The position numbers and the translations under genes are program-made. Below are positions 48,784-58,104 of a stretch of 64,000 nucleotides of DNA, in pieces (position 1 is the first letter of the stretch; every line of letters starts with the position of its first letter). The stretch spans positions 928,001 to 992,000 of the forward strand of contig CAWDVE010000010.1 in the NCBI GenBank assembly GCA_963805625.1. Direction: 5' to 3'. Below the pieces are notes generated by a model. The model had not been told where the DNA came from. It did not search any database and saw only the letters and a program-made list of their open reading frames with translations. This stretch comes from an uncultured Candidatus Rokubacteria bacterium. Its GTDB lineage: Bacteria > Methylomirabilota > Methylomirabilia > Rokubacteriales > DASRDR01.

Positions 48784-50153
48784 GCGGAGCTCCGCCCGCC
48801 GACGAGCGCCCGCTCCGGCGTGCCGGTCCCGAGCACGTCCTTGAGCGACGCCTCGATGATGTCGAGCATGTCGTCCACCTCGGCGGCGGTGATCGTGAGC
48901 GGCGGGGCGAGCGCGAGCATCCAGTGGCTCGCGCGCAGCAGGAGGCCCCGCCGGCGCGCGGCCTCACGCACGCGGATCCCGAAGTTCACGTCGGCCGGGT
49001 AACGCTCGCGCGTGGCCGGGTCACGGACGAACTCGACGCCGATGAGGAGTCCCTCGCCCCGGACATCCCCGATCACGGGCAGGCGCCGCCCCATCTCGCG
49101 GAGGCGCGCCATCGCCTGGGCCCCGCGGGCTCGCGAGTTCTCGACGATGCCGTCGTCGAAGATCTGCCGGATGGCGGCGATCCCGACGGCGGAGGCCACC
49201 GGGTTTCCGCCGAAGGTATGGCCGGCGTGGAACTGGACCTGATCGACGGCGCTGCCGTAGAAGACCTGACCGATCTTCGTGGTGAGGAGGTTCGCGGACA
49301 GCGGGGCGTAGCCTCCGCTGATCCCCTTCCCCACGCAGAAGATGTCCGGCCAGGCGTTCCAGTGCTCGGCCGCGAACAGCTTCCCCGTCCTTCCGAATCC
49401 GGTGATGATCTCGTCGTAGATGAGGACGATGTCGTACCGGTCGCACAGCTCTCGCACGCGCGGAAGGTACTCGCGCGGGGGCACGACCACGCCCGCCGAC
49501 GTCATGATCGGCTCGGTGATGAAGCCCGCGATGGTCTCGGGGCCTTCGAGCTGGATGACCTCTTCCAGGAGCCGCGCGTACGTGGGGCCGACCGACTCGG
49601 AGCCGCCGGGGAAGGGGGGGCGGTACGGATCCGGGGTGTGGAGGTGGATGAACCCGCCGGGGAGCGGCTCGTAGGGCACGCGCCACCCCGGCCAGCCGCC
49701 GGCAGCGAGGGCGTGGCCGGTACCGCCGTGGTAGGCGCGGTAGTGCGACAGGATCTTGTACTTGGTCCCGTGCCCCACCTGCTTGTGATACTGGCGGGCC
49801 ATCTTGATCGCCGCCTCGGTCACCTCCGAGCCGCCGGAGAGGAGCTTGATGGTCGTGTACTGGGGCGGGGTGATGTCGAGCAGGAGCTTCACGAGCTCGA
49901 GCGCCCGGTCGCTGGTCCCGAGCGTCGGGGCCGCGAGGGCCAGCCGCTCGATCTGGCGAGAAGCAGCCTCCGCGAGGCGCTTGTTGCCATGGCCCAGGTT
50001 GACGCAAAAAGTCCCGCTCAGCCCGTCGATGAAGCGCCGTCCGTCGACGTCGATGACGTGGATGCCACGACCTTCGGTCAGGATCAGCGGGTCCTCGGCG
50101 AACTCCTTCATCGGCAGGAAGTCGACCATGATGTGGCGGGCGAGCTCTTTCAT
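48780..50153 (-). CDS. Class III aminotransferase
   Basis: 'DGLSGTFCVNLGHG', 'DEIITGFGRTG', 'GKGISGG', 'GHTFGGNP'. Confidence 0.93.
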   Translation of the reverse strand: MKELARHIMVDFLPMKEFAEDPLILTEGRGIHVIDVDGRRFIDGLSGTFCVNLGHGNKRLAEAASRQIERLALAAPTLGTSDRALELVKLLLDITPPQYTTIKLLSGGSEVTEAAIKMARQYHKQVGHGTKYKILSHYRAYHGGTGHALAAGGWPGWRVPYEPLPGGFIHLHTPDPYRPPFPGGSESVGPTYARLLEEVIQLEGPETIAGFITEPIMTSAGVVVPPREYLPRVRELCDRYDIVLIYDEIITGFGRTGKLFAAEHWNAWPDIFCVGKGISGGYAPLSANLLTTKIGQVFYGSAVDQVQFHAGHTFGGNPVASAVGIAAIRQIFDDGIVENSRARGAQAMARLREMGRRLPVIGDVRGEGLLIGVEFVRDPATRERYPADVNFGIRVREAARRRGLLLRASHWMLALAPPLTITAAEVDDMLDIIEASLKDVLGTGTPERALVGGRSSA

Positions 50154-50387
50154 CGCATCTCCCTTGGCGGCTGGACTTGGGCGGCACCGCGCTTCCGGCG
50201 CAACGCACGCACCCGATTGTACTGGCGCGCCCGGCGGTCGCCAAGGGGACCCGTCGCACGGTGCCAAGGCCGCGCGCGGGTGGCGGACAGGCCGCGGGAC
50301 CCTGTGGTAGGGTGAACCCGGCCCTCCGGGGACGCCGGGGGGGCAGAGGCCCACACGCCCGGTCCAGCCGGGCCAGGAGGAACGACC

Positions 50388-51572
50388 ATGGCGGAGGCGG
50401 TGATCGTCTCGACGGCCCGGACGCCCATCGGCAAGGCCTACCGGGGTGCGTTCAACAACACCCACGGGGCGGTCCTGGCGGGCCACGTCATCGAGCACGC
50501 TGTCCAGCGCGCGCGGCTCGACCCGGCGGAGGTCGAGGACGTCGTGATCGGATGCGCGATGCCCGAGGGTGCGACCGGCCACAACATCGCGCGGCAGGCG
50601 GCGCTCCGTGCGGGGCTCCCCGTCACGGCCGCCGCCACCACGATCAACCGCTTCTGCTCCTCTGGCCTCCAGGCCGTCGCGGTCGCGGCCCAGCGCGTGA
50701 TCGTGGACCGCGTCCCCGTCGCCGTGGCGGGCGGCGTGGAGTCGATCAGCCTCGTGCAGAACGAGCACCAGAACCGGTTCCGGCTGACCGAGGACTGGCT
50801 CCTCGAGCACAAGCCGGAGGTGTACATGTCGATGCTGAACACGGCCGAGGTCGTGGCCAAGCGCTACGGCGTCACACGGGAGATGCAGGACCGCTACAGC
50901 CTCGAGAGCCAGCGCCGGATCGCGGCCGCCCAGCGCGAGGGCCGGCTGGACGCCGAGATCGTGCCGCTCAAGTCGGTCAAGCTGGTCACGGACAAGGCGA
51001 CCGGCGAGACGCGCGAGGAGTCGGTCACCCTCGCCCAGGACGAGGGCAACCGCGCCGACACGACCGCCGAGGGCCTCGCCGGGCTGAAGCCCGTGGTCAG
51101 CGCCGCCGGGACCATCACCGCCGGCAACGCGAGCCAGCTGTCCGACGGCGCCTCGGCCTGCGTCGTGATGGACGCGAAGCTGGCCGAGCAGCGCGGCCTC
51201 CAGCCGCTCGGCATCTTCCGCGGGCTCGCCGTCGCCGGGTGCGAGCCCGACGAGATGGGGATCGGGCCGGTCTTCGCCGTGCCGCGGCTCCTCGAGCGCC
51301 ACGGGCTCACGGTGGACGACATCGACCTCTGGGAGCTCAACGAGGCGTTCGCGGTCCAGGTCGTCTACTGCCGCGATCGCCTGGGCATCCCGATGGAGAA
51401 GCTGAACGTCGACGGCGGTGCGATCGCAATCGGCCACCCCTACGGGATGAGCGGCGCGCGCATGACGGGCCACGCCTTGATCGAGGGGAAGCGCCGTCGG
51501 GCGCGGCGCGTGGTCGTGACCATGTGCATCGGGGGCGGCATGGGCGCGGCCGGCCTCTTCGAGATCGCGTAG
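50388..51572 (+). CDS. Acetyl-CoA C-acyltransferase (thiolase)
   Basis: 'NRFCSSG', 'NEAFA', 'GHPYG', 'CIGGGMG'; AGGAGG SD. Confidence 0.96.
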   Translation: MAEAVIVSTARTPIGKAYRGAFNNTHGAVLAGHVIEHAVQRARLDPAEVEDVVIGCAMPEGATGHNIARQAALRAGLPVTAAATTINRFCSSGLQAVAVAAQRVIVDRVPVAVAGGVESISLVQNEHQNRFRLTEDWLLEHKPEVYMSMLNTAEVVAKRYGVTREMQDRYSLESQRRIAAAQREGRLDAEIVPLKSVKLVTDKATGETREESVTLAQDEGNRADTTAEGLAGLKPVVSAAGTITAGNASQLSDGASACVVMDAKLAEQRGLQPLGIFRGLAVAGCEPDEMGIGPVFAVPRLLERHGLTVDDIDLWELNEAFAVQVVYCRDRLGIPMEKLNVDGGAIAIGHPYGMSGARMTGHALIEGKRRRARRVVVTMCIGGGMGAAGLFEIA

Positions 51573-51623
51573 CGACACTTCGCGCGCCGGACCCTCCCGG
51601 CTCACCGCGTCTCCCGGTGTAGA

Positions 51624-52535
51624 ATGCCGCGGGACGACATGGGCGAGACTATCTTCTTCGGCTACGACCGCGCGGCCCTCGACCGCGAGTACGACAACCG
51701 CGGGAAGGTCGCGAACTTCGCCGAGTACCTATCCCGCTACCCCGCCGAGAGCAGCCGCATCCGTGACACGCTCCCGAGCCGGCTGGATCTCCGTTACGGC
51801 CCGAATCCCGGGGAAACGCTCGACCTCTTCCTGCCGGAAGGTCATGGTCCCTGGCCGGTCCACGTCTTCGTCCACGGCGGCTACTGGCGTGCGCTCGACA
51901 AGCAGGACTTCAGCTTCGTCGCGGGGGCGTTTCAGCCCGCCGGCGTCCTCGTGGCCGTGATCAACTACGCCCTCATCCCGACCGTCGACATGGACGAGTT
52001 GGTCCGGCAAGTGCGCGCCTCGGTGGCGTGGCTCCACCGGAACGTCGCGGCCCTCGGCGGTGATCCCGCGCGCCTCACCGTCTCCGGGCACTCCGCCGGC
52101 GGTCACCTGGCCGCGATGCTGATGTCGACGGACTGGGGCCGATTCGCCCGGCTCCCGGGCGACGTGGTCAAGGCCGGCTGCGGCATCAGCGGGCTGTACG
52201 ACCTGGAGCCCATCCGCCTCTGCTACCTGAACGAGACGCTCGGGCTCACGCAGGAAACGGCGCGCCGGAACAGCCCCGTCCACCTCGTCCCACCCAGCGC
52301 CGGCCGGCTCCTGCTCGCGGTCGGGGCCAAGGAGGGCGACGAGTATCATCGCCAGACCGAGTCGCTCGCCGCCGCCTGGCGGCGGCGCGACCTCGCGGTC
52401 GAGGTCATGGACATGGAAGGCCACGATCACTTCTCCATCATCACGGAGCTCGGGAACCGAGGAACCCCGCTCAGCCGAGCGATCCTGCGCCAGATCAGCG
52501 TCCCCGTGGCCGGCCGCGAGCCGGCGGGGCGATGA
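51624..52535 (+). CDS. Alpha/beta hydrolase, kynurenine formamidase-like
   Basis: HGGYW, GHSAG, 'SGLYDL', 'HDHF'; start may be 51639. Confidence 0.9.
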   Translation: MPRDDMGETIFFGYDRAALDREYDNRGKVANFAEYLSRYPAESSRIRDTLPSRLDLRYGPNPGETLDLFLPEGHGPWPVHVFVHGGYWRALDKQDFSFVAGAFQPAGVLVAVINYALIPTVDMDELVRQVRASVAWLHRNVAALGGDPARLTVSGHSAGGHLAAMLMSTDWGRFARLPGDVVKAGCGISGLYDLEPIRLCYLNETLGLTQETARRNSPVHLVPPSAGRLLLAVGAKEGDEYHRQTESLAAAWRRRDLAVEVMDMEGHDHFSIITELGNRGTPLSRAILRQISVPVAGREPAGR

Positions 52536-53056
52536 TCCGCGAGGTCCCCGGACGGAAGCCGCGGATCCACCCCGACACCTGGATCGATCCGTCGGCCGAG
52601 GTGATCGGAGACGTCATCATCGAGCAGGGCGCGAGCGTCTGGCCCGGAGCAGTGCTTCGCGGCGACGAGGACAACTACGTCCGCCTCGGCAAGAACTCGA
52701 ACGTCCAGGATGGATCCGTCCTCCACGTCACGCCGGAGTTCCCGTGCGTCGTCGGTGCCGGCGTGACCATCGGCCACCGGGCCGTCGTCCACGCCTGCAC
52801 CGTCAAGGACAACGCCCGAATCGGGATCGGGGCCGTCGTCCTGACCGGCGCCGTGATCGAGGAGAATGCCCAGGTGGGCGCGGGCGCCGTCGTCCCGCCG
52901 GGCAAGATCGTGCCGGCGGGCTGGCTGGTGATGGGGGTCCCGGCCAAGCCCGTGCGCCAGATGGTCCCCGAAGAGCTCGAGGAGATCCGGCGCAACGCGA
53001 CGGCGTACGTCGCACTCTGGCGCCGAGATTACGGGCCACGCTCCGACCCCCGCTAG
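52532..53056 (+). CDS. Gamma carbonic anhydrase family (hexapeptide repeat) protein
   Basis: 'VLRGD', 'SNVQDGSVLH', 'TIGHRAVVHAC'. Confidence 0.93.
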   Translation: MIREVPGRKPRIHPDTWIDPSAEVIGDVIIEQGASVWPGAVLRGDEDNYVRLGKNSNVQDGSVLHVTPEFPCVVGAGVTIGHRAVVHACTVKDNARIGIGAVVLTGAVIEENAQVGAGAVVPPGKIVPAGWLVMGVPAKPVRQMVPEELEEIRRNATAYVALWRRDYGPRSDPR

Positions 53057-53116
53057 ACGAGGGGGGAAGGACGCCAGTCCGAACCGACACCGCCGTCTTC
53101 CACACGAGGAGGATTC

Positions 53117-53467
53117 ATGTCGTTCCACACGCGCTATCTCTTCTCCGCCGCCATGGACGTCGATCCGAGCCGGGAAGCCCTCTTCCACGAGGTCTACGAC
53201 AAGGAGCACATCCCGGCTCTCCTGGAGGTGCCGGGCGTCGTGTCGGCCGCACGCTTCAAGGTCCGCGAGCTGACGCTGATGATCGGCGGGGAGCGAAAGA
53301 CCATCGACCCCCAGGGGGCGCCGCGCTACAACGCGCTCTACGAGCTCGAGTCCCCGGAGGTCCTGGTCACCTCGGCGTGGGCCCGCGCGGTCGAGCGGGG
53401 ACGGTGGCCGACCGAGGTCCGGGCGTTCACCCGGAACCGCCACCACCTCCTCTACGAGCGCCTCTGA
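53117..53467 (+). CDS. Conserved hypothetical protein (EthD/DUF4286-like barrel)
   Basis: 'YDKEHIPALLEVPGV..A.R', 'YNALYELESPEV'; GAGGAGG SD. Confidence 0.8.
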   Translation: MSFHTRYLFSAAMDVDPSREALFHEVYDKEHIPALLEVPGVVSAARFKVRELTLMIGGERKTIDPQGAPRYNALYELESPEVLVTSAWARAVERGRWPTEVRAFTRNRHHLLYERL

Positions 53468-53477
53468 GCCAGGGCCG

Positions 53478-53562
53478 CGGGGTCAGACTTTGCCTTCCCG
53501 ACATTTTCCCTCCAGCCTGAAGGGGGAACCCTGAAATGTCGGGAAGGCAAAGTCTGACCCCG
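53478..53562. repeat. GGGGTCAG-tagged palindromic element, copy 3
   Basis: Perfect 29-bp inverted repeat CGGGGTCAGACTTTGCCTTCCCGACATTT (53478-53506) / 53534-53562. Confidence 0.92.
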
Positions 53563-54324
53563 GGCTGGGATCCCGCGAAGTACCTGGAGTTCGCGGGCCA
53601 TCGGCTGCGCCCGGCCCTCGATCTCCTAGCCCGCGTGCCGACGACCGCGCCCGCCGTGGTCCACGACCTCGGCTGTGGCGCGGGCAACGTCACCCGGCTC
53701 CTGGTCGAGCGCTGGCCGGGCGCGGCGGTGACCGGAGTCGACGGCTCGGCGGCCATGCTCGACACCGCCCGAGCCGCCGCGCCCACGGTGACGTGGATCC
53801 AGGCCGACATCGGCGCCTGGCGCGGCCCCAGGCCGGCCGACGTCGTCTTCTCCAACGCCGCGCTCCACTGGCTCGACGATCATGCGGGACTCTTTCCGCG
53901 CTTGCTCTCGGGCATCGCGCCGGGCGGCGTCCTGGCCGTCCAGATGCCGCGAAACCACGGTGCGCCGTCTCACACCGAGATGGTCGCCGCCGCGGAGGCG
54001 GGACCCTGGCAGGAGCGCCTGCGCCCGGCGCTCCGCGCGCGACCGGTCGCCGGACCTGCCGTCTACCACGACATCCTCGCCCCCCACGTCTCACGGCTCG
54101 ACATCTGGGAGACCGAGTACCTGCACGCGCTGGAGGGTGACAACCCGGTCGTCGAGTGGACACGCGGGTCGGCGCTCAAGCCGCTCCTCGATCGCCTCGA
54201 GGAGCCGGAGCGCTCCGGCTTCCTGGCCGAGTACTCGGCACGGATCGCCCTCGCCTATCCCCGCCGGCGCGACGGCCGGACACTCTTCCCCTTCCGCCGC
54301 CTGTTCATCGTCGCCATGCGTTGA
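53536..54324 (+). CDS. tam: Trans-aconitate 2-methyltransferase
   Basis: 'WDPAKYLEF..RLRPALDLLARV', 'DLGCGAGN', 'SNAALHW', 'LAVQMPRN', 'FPFRRLFIVA'. Confidence 0.9.
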   Translation: MSGRQSLTPGWDPAKYLEFAGHRLRPALDLLARVPTTAPAVVHDLGCGAGNVTRLLVERWPGAAVTGVDGSAAMLDTARAAAPTVTWIQADIGAWRGPRPADVVFSNAALHWLDDHAGLFPRLLSGIAPGGVLAVQMPRNHGAPSHTEMVAAAEAGPWQERLRPALRARPVAGPAVYHDILAPHVSRLDIWETEYLHALEGDNPVVEWTRGSALKPLLDRLEEPERSGFLAEYSARIALAYPRRRDGRTLFPFRRLFIVAMR

Positions 54325-54343
54325 CAGGCAGACGAGGCTCGAG

Positions 54344-55219
54344 ATGCGGTTCGTGACCTACAACATCCAGTACGGCAAGGGCCGGGACGGCCGCTTCGAC
54401 CTCCGGCGAATCGCGGACGCGGTCCGGGAGGCCGACGTGATCGCCCTCCAGGAGGTCGAGCGGTACTACATCCGGTCGGGCATGGTCGACCAGCCAGCCG
54501 AGCTCGCGGGCCTCCTGCCCGACCACCACTGGGTGTATGGCCCCGGCCTCGATATCGACGCGAGCCTGCGTGACCGGGCGGGGCGGCTGGTCCACCGCCG
54601 GCGACAGTTCGGGAACATGCTGCTCTCGCGCGAGCCCATCCTCTCCTCCCGCTGCTTCCCCTTACCCAAGCTCGGCACCGTGATCCAGCACAGCCTCCAG
54701 CGTGTCGCGCTGGAGGGCGTGATCTCCGGGGACTCGGGCGGCTCCGGCCCGGTGCGGGTGTACTCGATCCATCTCACTCACCTCGCCGATGCGACGCGCG
54801 GACCCCAGGTCGACGCGATTCTGGACATCCACCGGCGCGCGCCCGCGGAAGGCGGCGCGTGGTGCGGTACCGCGGGGGCGGACTGGACGCAGGGCGAGCC
54901 GGCGCCGCCGATGCCGCGTGCCGCGCTTCTCATGGGCGACTTCAACCTCGATCCTGCCTCCCCGCTCTACGACCGGATCGTGGGGCCGCTCTCACCGGAG
55001 TACGGGCGGATGAACGCGATCGAGGGATTCGTCGACGCCTGGGTGGCCACCGGGCACGGTGAGCGCGACGGCGTCACGTGTCACGGGGTTCACGTCGGCC
55101 AGCGAATCGACTACTGCTTCGTCAGCACGTCCCTCCTGCCGCGGCTCCGCGGCTGCTGGATCGACGATGGGGCAGCGGGATCCGACCACCAGCCGGTGTG
55201 GACGGAGCTGGATCTCTGA
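54344..55219 (+). CDS. Endonuclease/exonuclease/phosphatase family protein
   Basis: 'TYNIQ', 'LQEV', 'GDFN', 'RIDY', 'SDHQP'. Confidence 0.92.
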   Translation: MRFVTYNIQYGKGRDGRFDLRRIADAVREADVIALQEVERYYIRSGMVDQPAELAGLLPDHHWVYGPGLDIDASLRDRAGRLVHRRRQFGNMLLSREPILSSRCFPLPKLGTVIQHSLQRVALEGVISGDSGGSGPVRVYSIHLTHLADATRGPQVDAILDIHRRAPAEGGAWCGTAGADWTQGEPAPPMPRAALLMGDFNLDPASPLYDRIVGPLSPEYGRMNAIEGFVDAWVATGHGERDGVTCHGVHVGQRIDYCFVSTSLLPRLRGCWIDDGAAGSDHQPVWTELDL

Positions 55220-55415
55220 CGGCGCCGGGCGCGATCCACGCGAAACCGGGCCCGAGGCCGGATCGAAGCGCGATTCGTTCACCCCCGTGACGAAGCCGCG
55301 CTCGACTTCAGGCGGCGACTCCGAGATCCGATACTGATCGCGGCGCGGCCGGTGCGGCTCGAAGGGACCACCGAGACGCCGTGATAGAGTGGACGCATCG
55401 GAGGTGGGAGAGCGC

Positions 55416-56633
55416 ATGACAGGGGCGGAACGCCGGCATACCGAGACCGTGGACGTGGGCGGGGTCTGGGTGGGGAGCACGCGCCCGATCGTCGTCCAGT
55501 CCATGACCAACACCGACACGGCGGACGTGCCGGGGACGATCGCCCAGGTGCGTGCGCTCGCCGAGGCCGGCAGCGAGCTCGTGCGGGTGACGGTCAACAA
55601 CGACGACGCGGCGCGCGCGGTGCCTGACATCGTCCGCGAGGTGGACGTGCCGGTCATCGGTGACTTCCACTACAACGGCCACCTCCTGCTCGTGAAATAT
55701 CCCGCGTGCGCCAGGGCACTCGCCAAGTATCGGATCAATCCCGGCAACGTCGGGGCCAAGCACCGCGACGAGAACTTCGCGACGATCGTCAAGATCGCGA
55801 TCGACCACGGCAAGCCGGTCCGCATCGGCGTCAATTGGGGGAGCCTGGACCAGCACCTCCTGACCGAGATGATGGACGCGAACGCGAAGCTCGCGGAGCC
55901 GCGTGACGCGCGCGACGTGATGCTGGACGCGATCGTGGAGAGTGCGATCCGCTCGGCCGAGCTGGCCGAGGCGACCGGGCTCGCCCACGACCGCATCATC
56001 CTGTCGGCGAAGGTGTCGGGCGTGCAGGACCTGGTCGACGTCTACCGGCGCCTCGCGCCCCGCTCCGACCATCCGCTCCACCTCGGCCTCACCGAGGCGG
56101 GCATGGGGATGAAGGGCATCGTGGCGAGCACGGCGGGGCTGTCCATCCTGCTCCAGGAGGGGATCGGCGACACCATCCGGGTCTCCCTCACGCCGCGTCC
56201 CGGCGGCGACCGGACTGAGGAGGTCCAGGTCGCCCAGCAGATCCTCCAGTCGCTCGGGCTCCGCATCTTCGCGCCGCAGGTCACCGCCTGCCCCGGCTGC
56301 GGCCGGACGACGTCGACCTTCTTCCAGGAAATGGCGGAGGAGATCCAGGGGTACCTGCGGAGCGAGATGCCCCGCTGGCGCGAGCGCTATCGCGGCGCCG
56401 AGACGCTCCGGGTCGCCGTCATGGGCTGCGTCGTGAACGGGCCCGGCGAGTCCAAGCACGCGGACATCGGCATCTCGCTGCCCGGCACGTTCGAGGAGCC
56501 GAAGGCCCCGGTCTACGTCGACGGGAAGCTCCTGCTCACGCTCCGCGGCGACACGATCGTCGCCGACTTCCTGCGGATCCTCGAGGACTACGTCGACACG
56601 CGCTTCGGCGCGACGCCGCCCGCCCGCAGCTGA
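55416..56633 (+). CDS. ispG: 4-hydroxy-3-methylbut-2-enyl diphosphate synthase
   Basis: 'VQSMTNT', 'RINPGN', 'HLGLTEAG', '[10 protein letters not shown]', 'CPGCGR', '[10 protein letters not shown]'. Confidence 0.97.
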   Translation: MTGAERRHTETVDVGGVWVGSTRPIVVQSMTNTDTADVPGTIAQVRALAEAGSELVRVTVNNDDAARAVPDIVREVDVPVIGDFHYNGHLLLVKYPACARALAKYRINPGNVGAKHRDENFATIVKIAIDHGKPVRIGVNWGSLDQHLLTEMMDANAKLAEPRDARDVMLDAIVESAIRSAELAEATGLAHDRIILSAKVSGVQDLVDVYRRLAPRSDHPLHLGLTEAGMGMKGIVASTAGLSILLQEGIGDTIRVSLTPRPGGDRTEEVQVAQQILQSLGLRIFAPQVTACPGCGRTTSTFFQEMAEEIQGYLRSEMPRWRERYRGAETLRVAVMGCVVNGPGESKHADIGISLPGTFEEPKAPVYVDGKLLLTLRGDTIVADFLRILEDYVDTRFGATPPARS

Positions 56634-56751
56634 GCGGCGCGGGGGCCTAGTCCCCTTTCGCCGCCGCGTCTTCCCCGCTCGGGCCCGGGCCGGAAACCTG
56701 GCGCGAGAGCTGGCCCGACAGTCGCCGCGGTTGGCGGGAAGGAGGCTCCCC

Positions 56752-57198
56752 ATGTGGTCGTCCGCGATCGTGGCGTCGCTTCACTACCTGGCGCTTGCCA
56801 TCGGCCTGCCCGCGGTGTTCCTGCGCGGGCGCGCGCTCAAGGGATCGCTGGACGACGCAGGGCTCCGGAGGCTCTTCGCGGCCGACTCGGTGTGGGGCGT
56901 CGCGGCCGCCCTCTGGGTGGCGACCGGCCTCCTTCGGGCGTTTGGCGGGCTCGAGAAGGGCTCGGCCTTCTACCTCCAGAGCTCGCTGTTCTACCTGAAG
57001 ATGGCGCTCTTCCTGGCGATCGTGGTTTTGGAGATCTGGCCGATGCTCACCTTCATCGGCTGGCGTCAGGCGCAGCGCCGAGGCGCCCGCGTGGATACCA
57101 GCCGGGCGCCCGCTTTGTTCCGAGTGAGCCACATCCAGCTCGCCCTCACCGTCGTCATCGTCTTCGTCGCCTCCGCCATGGCTCGCGGGCTCTGGTAG
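56752..57198 (+). CDS. DUF2214 family membrane protein
   Basis: 'ADSVWG', 'EKGSAFY', 'K..LF', C-terminal 'AMARG'. Confidence 0.87.
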   Translation: MWSSAIVASLHYLALAIGLPAVFLRGRALKGSLDDAGLRRLFAADSVWGVAAALWVATGLLRAFGGLEKGSAFYLQSSLFYLKMALFLAIVVLEIWPMLTFIGWRQAQRRGARVDTSRAPALFRVSHIQLALTVVIVFVASAMARGLW

Positions 57199-57240
57199 GC
57201 TCGCGAATCAGAAGCACGGCGCGGGGCGGTGGGTTGCCTG

Positions 57241-58055
57241 CTACTCCGGCGACCAGGGGGGGACGGCGCTGAAGAGCCCGTCGACGACGCCGATCTGGTA
57301 GGCCATCCAGAGGCCGAAACCGAGGCTGATGAGACCCGACGCCGTCGCGAGGTGGCGGTTGAGCCACGCGAAGCGGTGGGCGGTCACCGCGAAGGGCACG
57401 GCGACCGCCGCGGTGATCAGCATCATGCCCGCGATCGTCCCCACCCCGAAGACGAGGAGATACCCGATCCCCCACCACGGGTCGCGGATCACCGCCAGCA
57501 CGAGCAGCGCGACCGCCGCGGACCCCGCGAGCCCATGAACCAGCCCGACGACGAGCGGGCGAAGGATCTGGTACGCACCGAATTGCCCCAGAGTGCGGTC
57601 GAGCCGCGCCTGGGGCGTCGCCTCCTCGGGGTGCCCGTGCGCCTCCGGCGCGTGGCCGTGGACGTGGCTGTGGACGTAGTCGCCGTGGACGTGCGGGTGT
57701 ACGTGACGGTCCCCGTGGCCTCCGGCGTGGGAGGCCCCCGCCCGCGCCTCCTGGATCCGTCGGGTGACGCCGGTCAGCGTCAGGACCCCCAGCAGGACCA
57801 GCATGATCGCAACGGAGAACTCCACCCCGAGCCCCACGCGGGGCGGAATGACGAGACCGAACAGGATGATCGCGCCTCCCACGCTGAGGATCGTCAGCGT
57901 GTGCCCGAGCCCCCAGAGCCCCCCGTCCACGCGGCCGCGCGCACCGAGCGCTGGCGGCTCACGATCGTCGTGACGGCGATGACGTGGTCGGGGTCGGTCG
58001 CGTGGCGCATCCCGAGGAAAAAGCCGAGGAGGAGGACGGACAGGAGTGGGGTCAT
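57241..58055 (-). CDS. High-affinity nickel/cobalt transporter (NiCoT/UreH-like), frameshift in a G-run near 57920
   Basis: 'GMRHATDPDHV' [fs] 'WGLGHT', His-rich loop 'HVHPHVHGDYVHSHVH', 'HGLAGSA'. Confidence 0.85.
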
Positions 58056-58104
58056 GCGGGATACCTTACGAGATCAGCGGCCCGCCCGCCACCGCCGCGC
58101 GACC

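Noticed and set aside
50154-50387. Guanidine riboswitch ahead of the ureohydrolase operon
   Set aside because: A hairpin is present but no class I-III consensus is recognisable.
42157-53562. Palindromic repeats as a CRISPR array
   Set aside because: Copies are kilobases apart and arranged as inverted pairs; no regular spacers and no cas genes.
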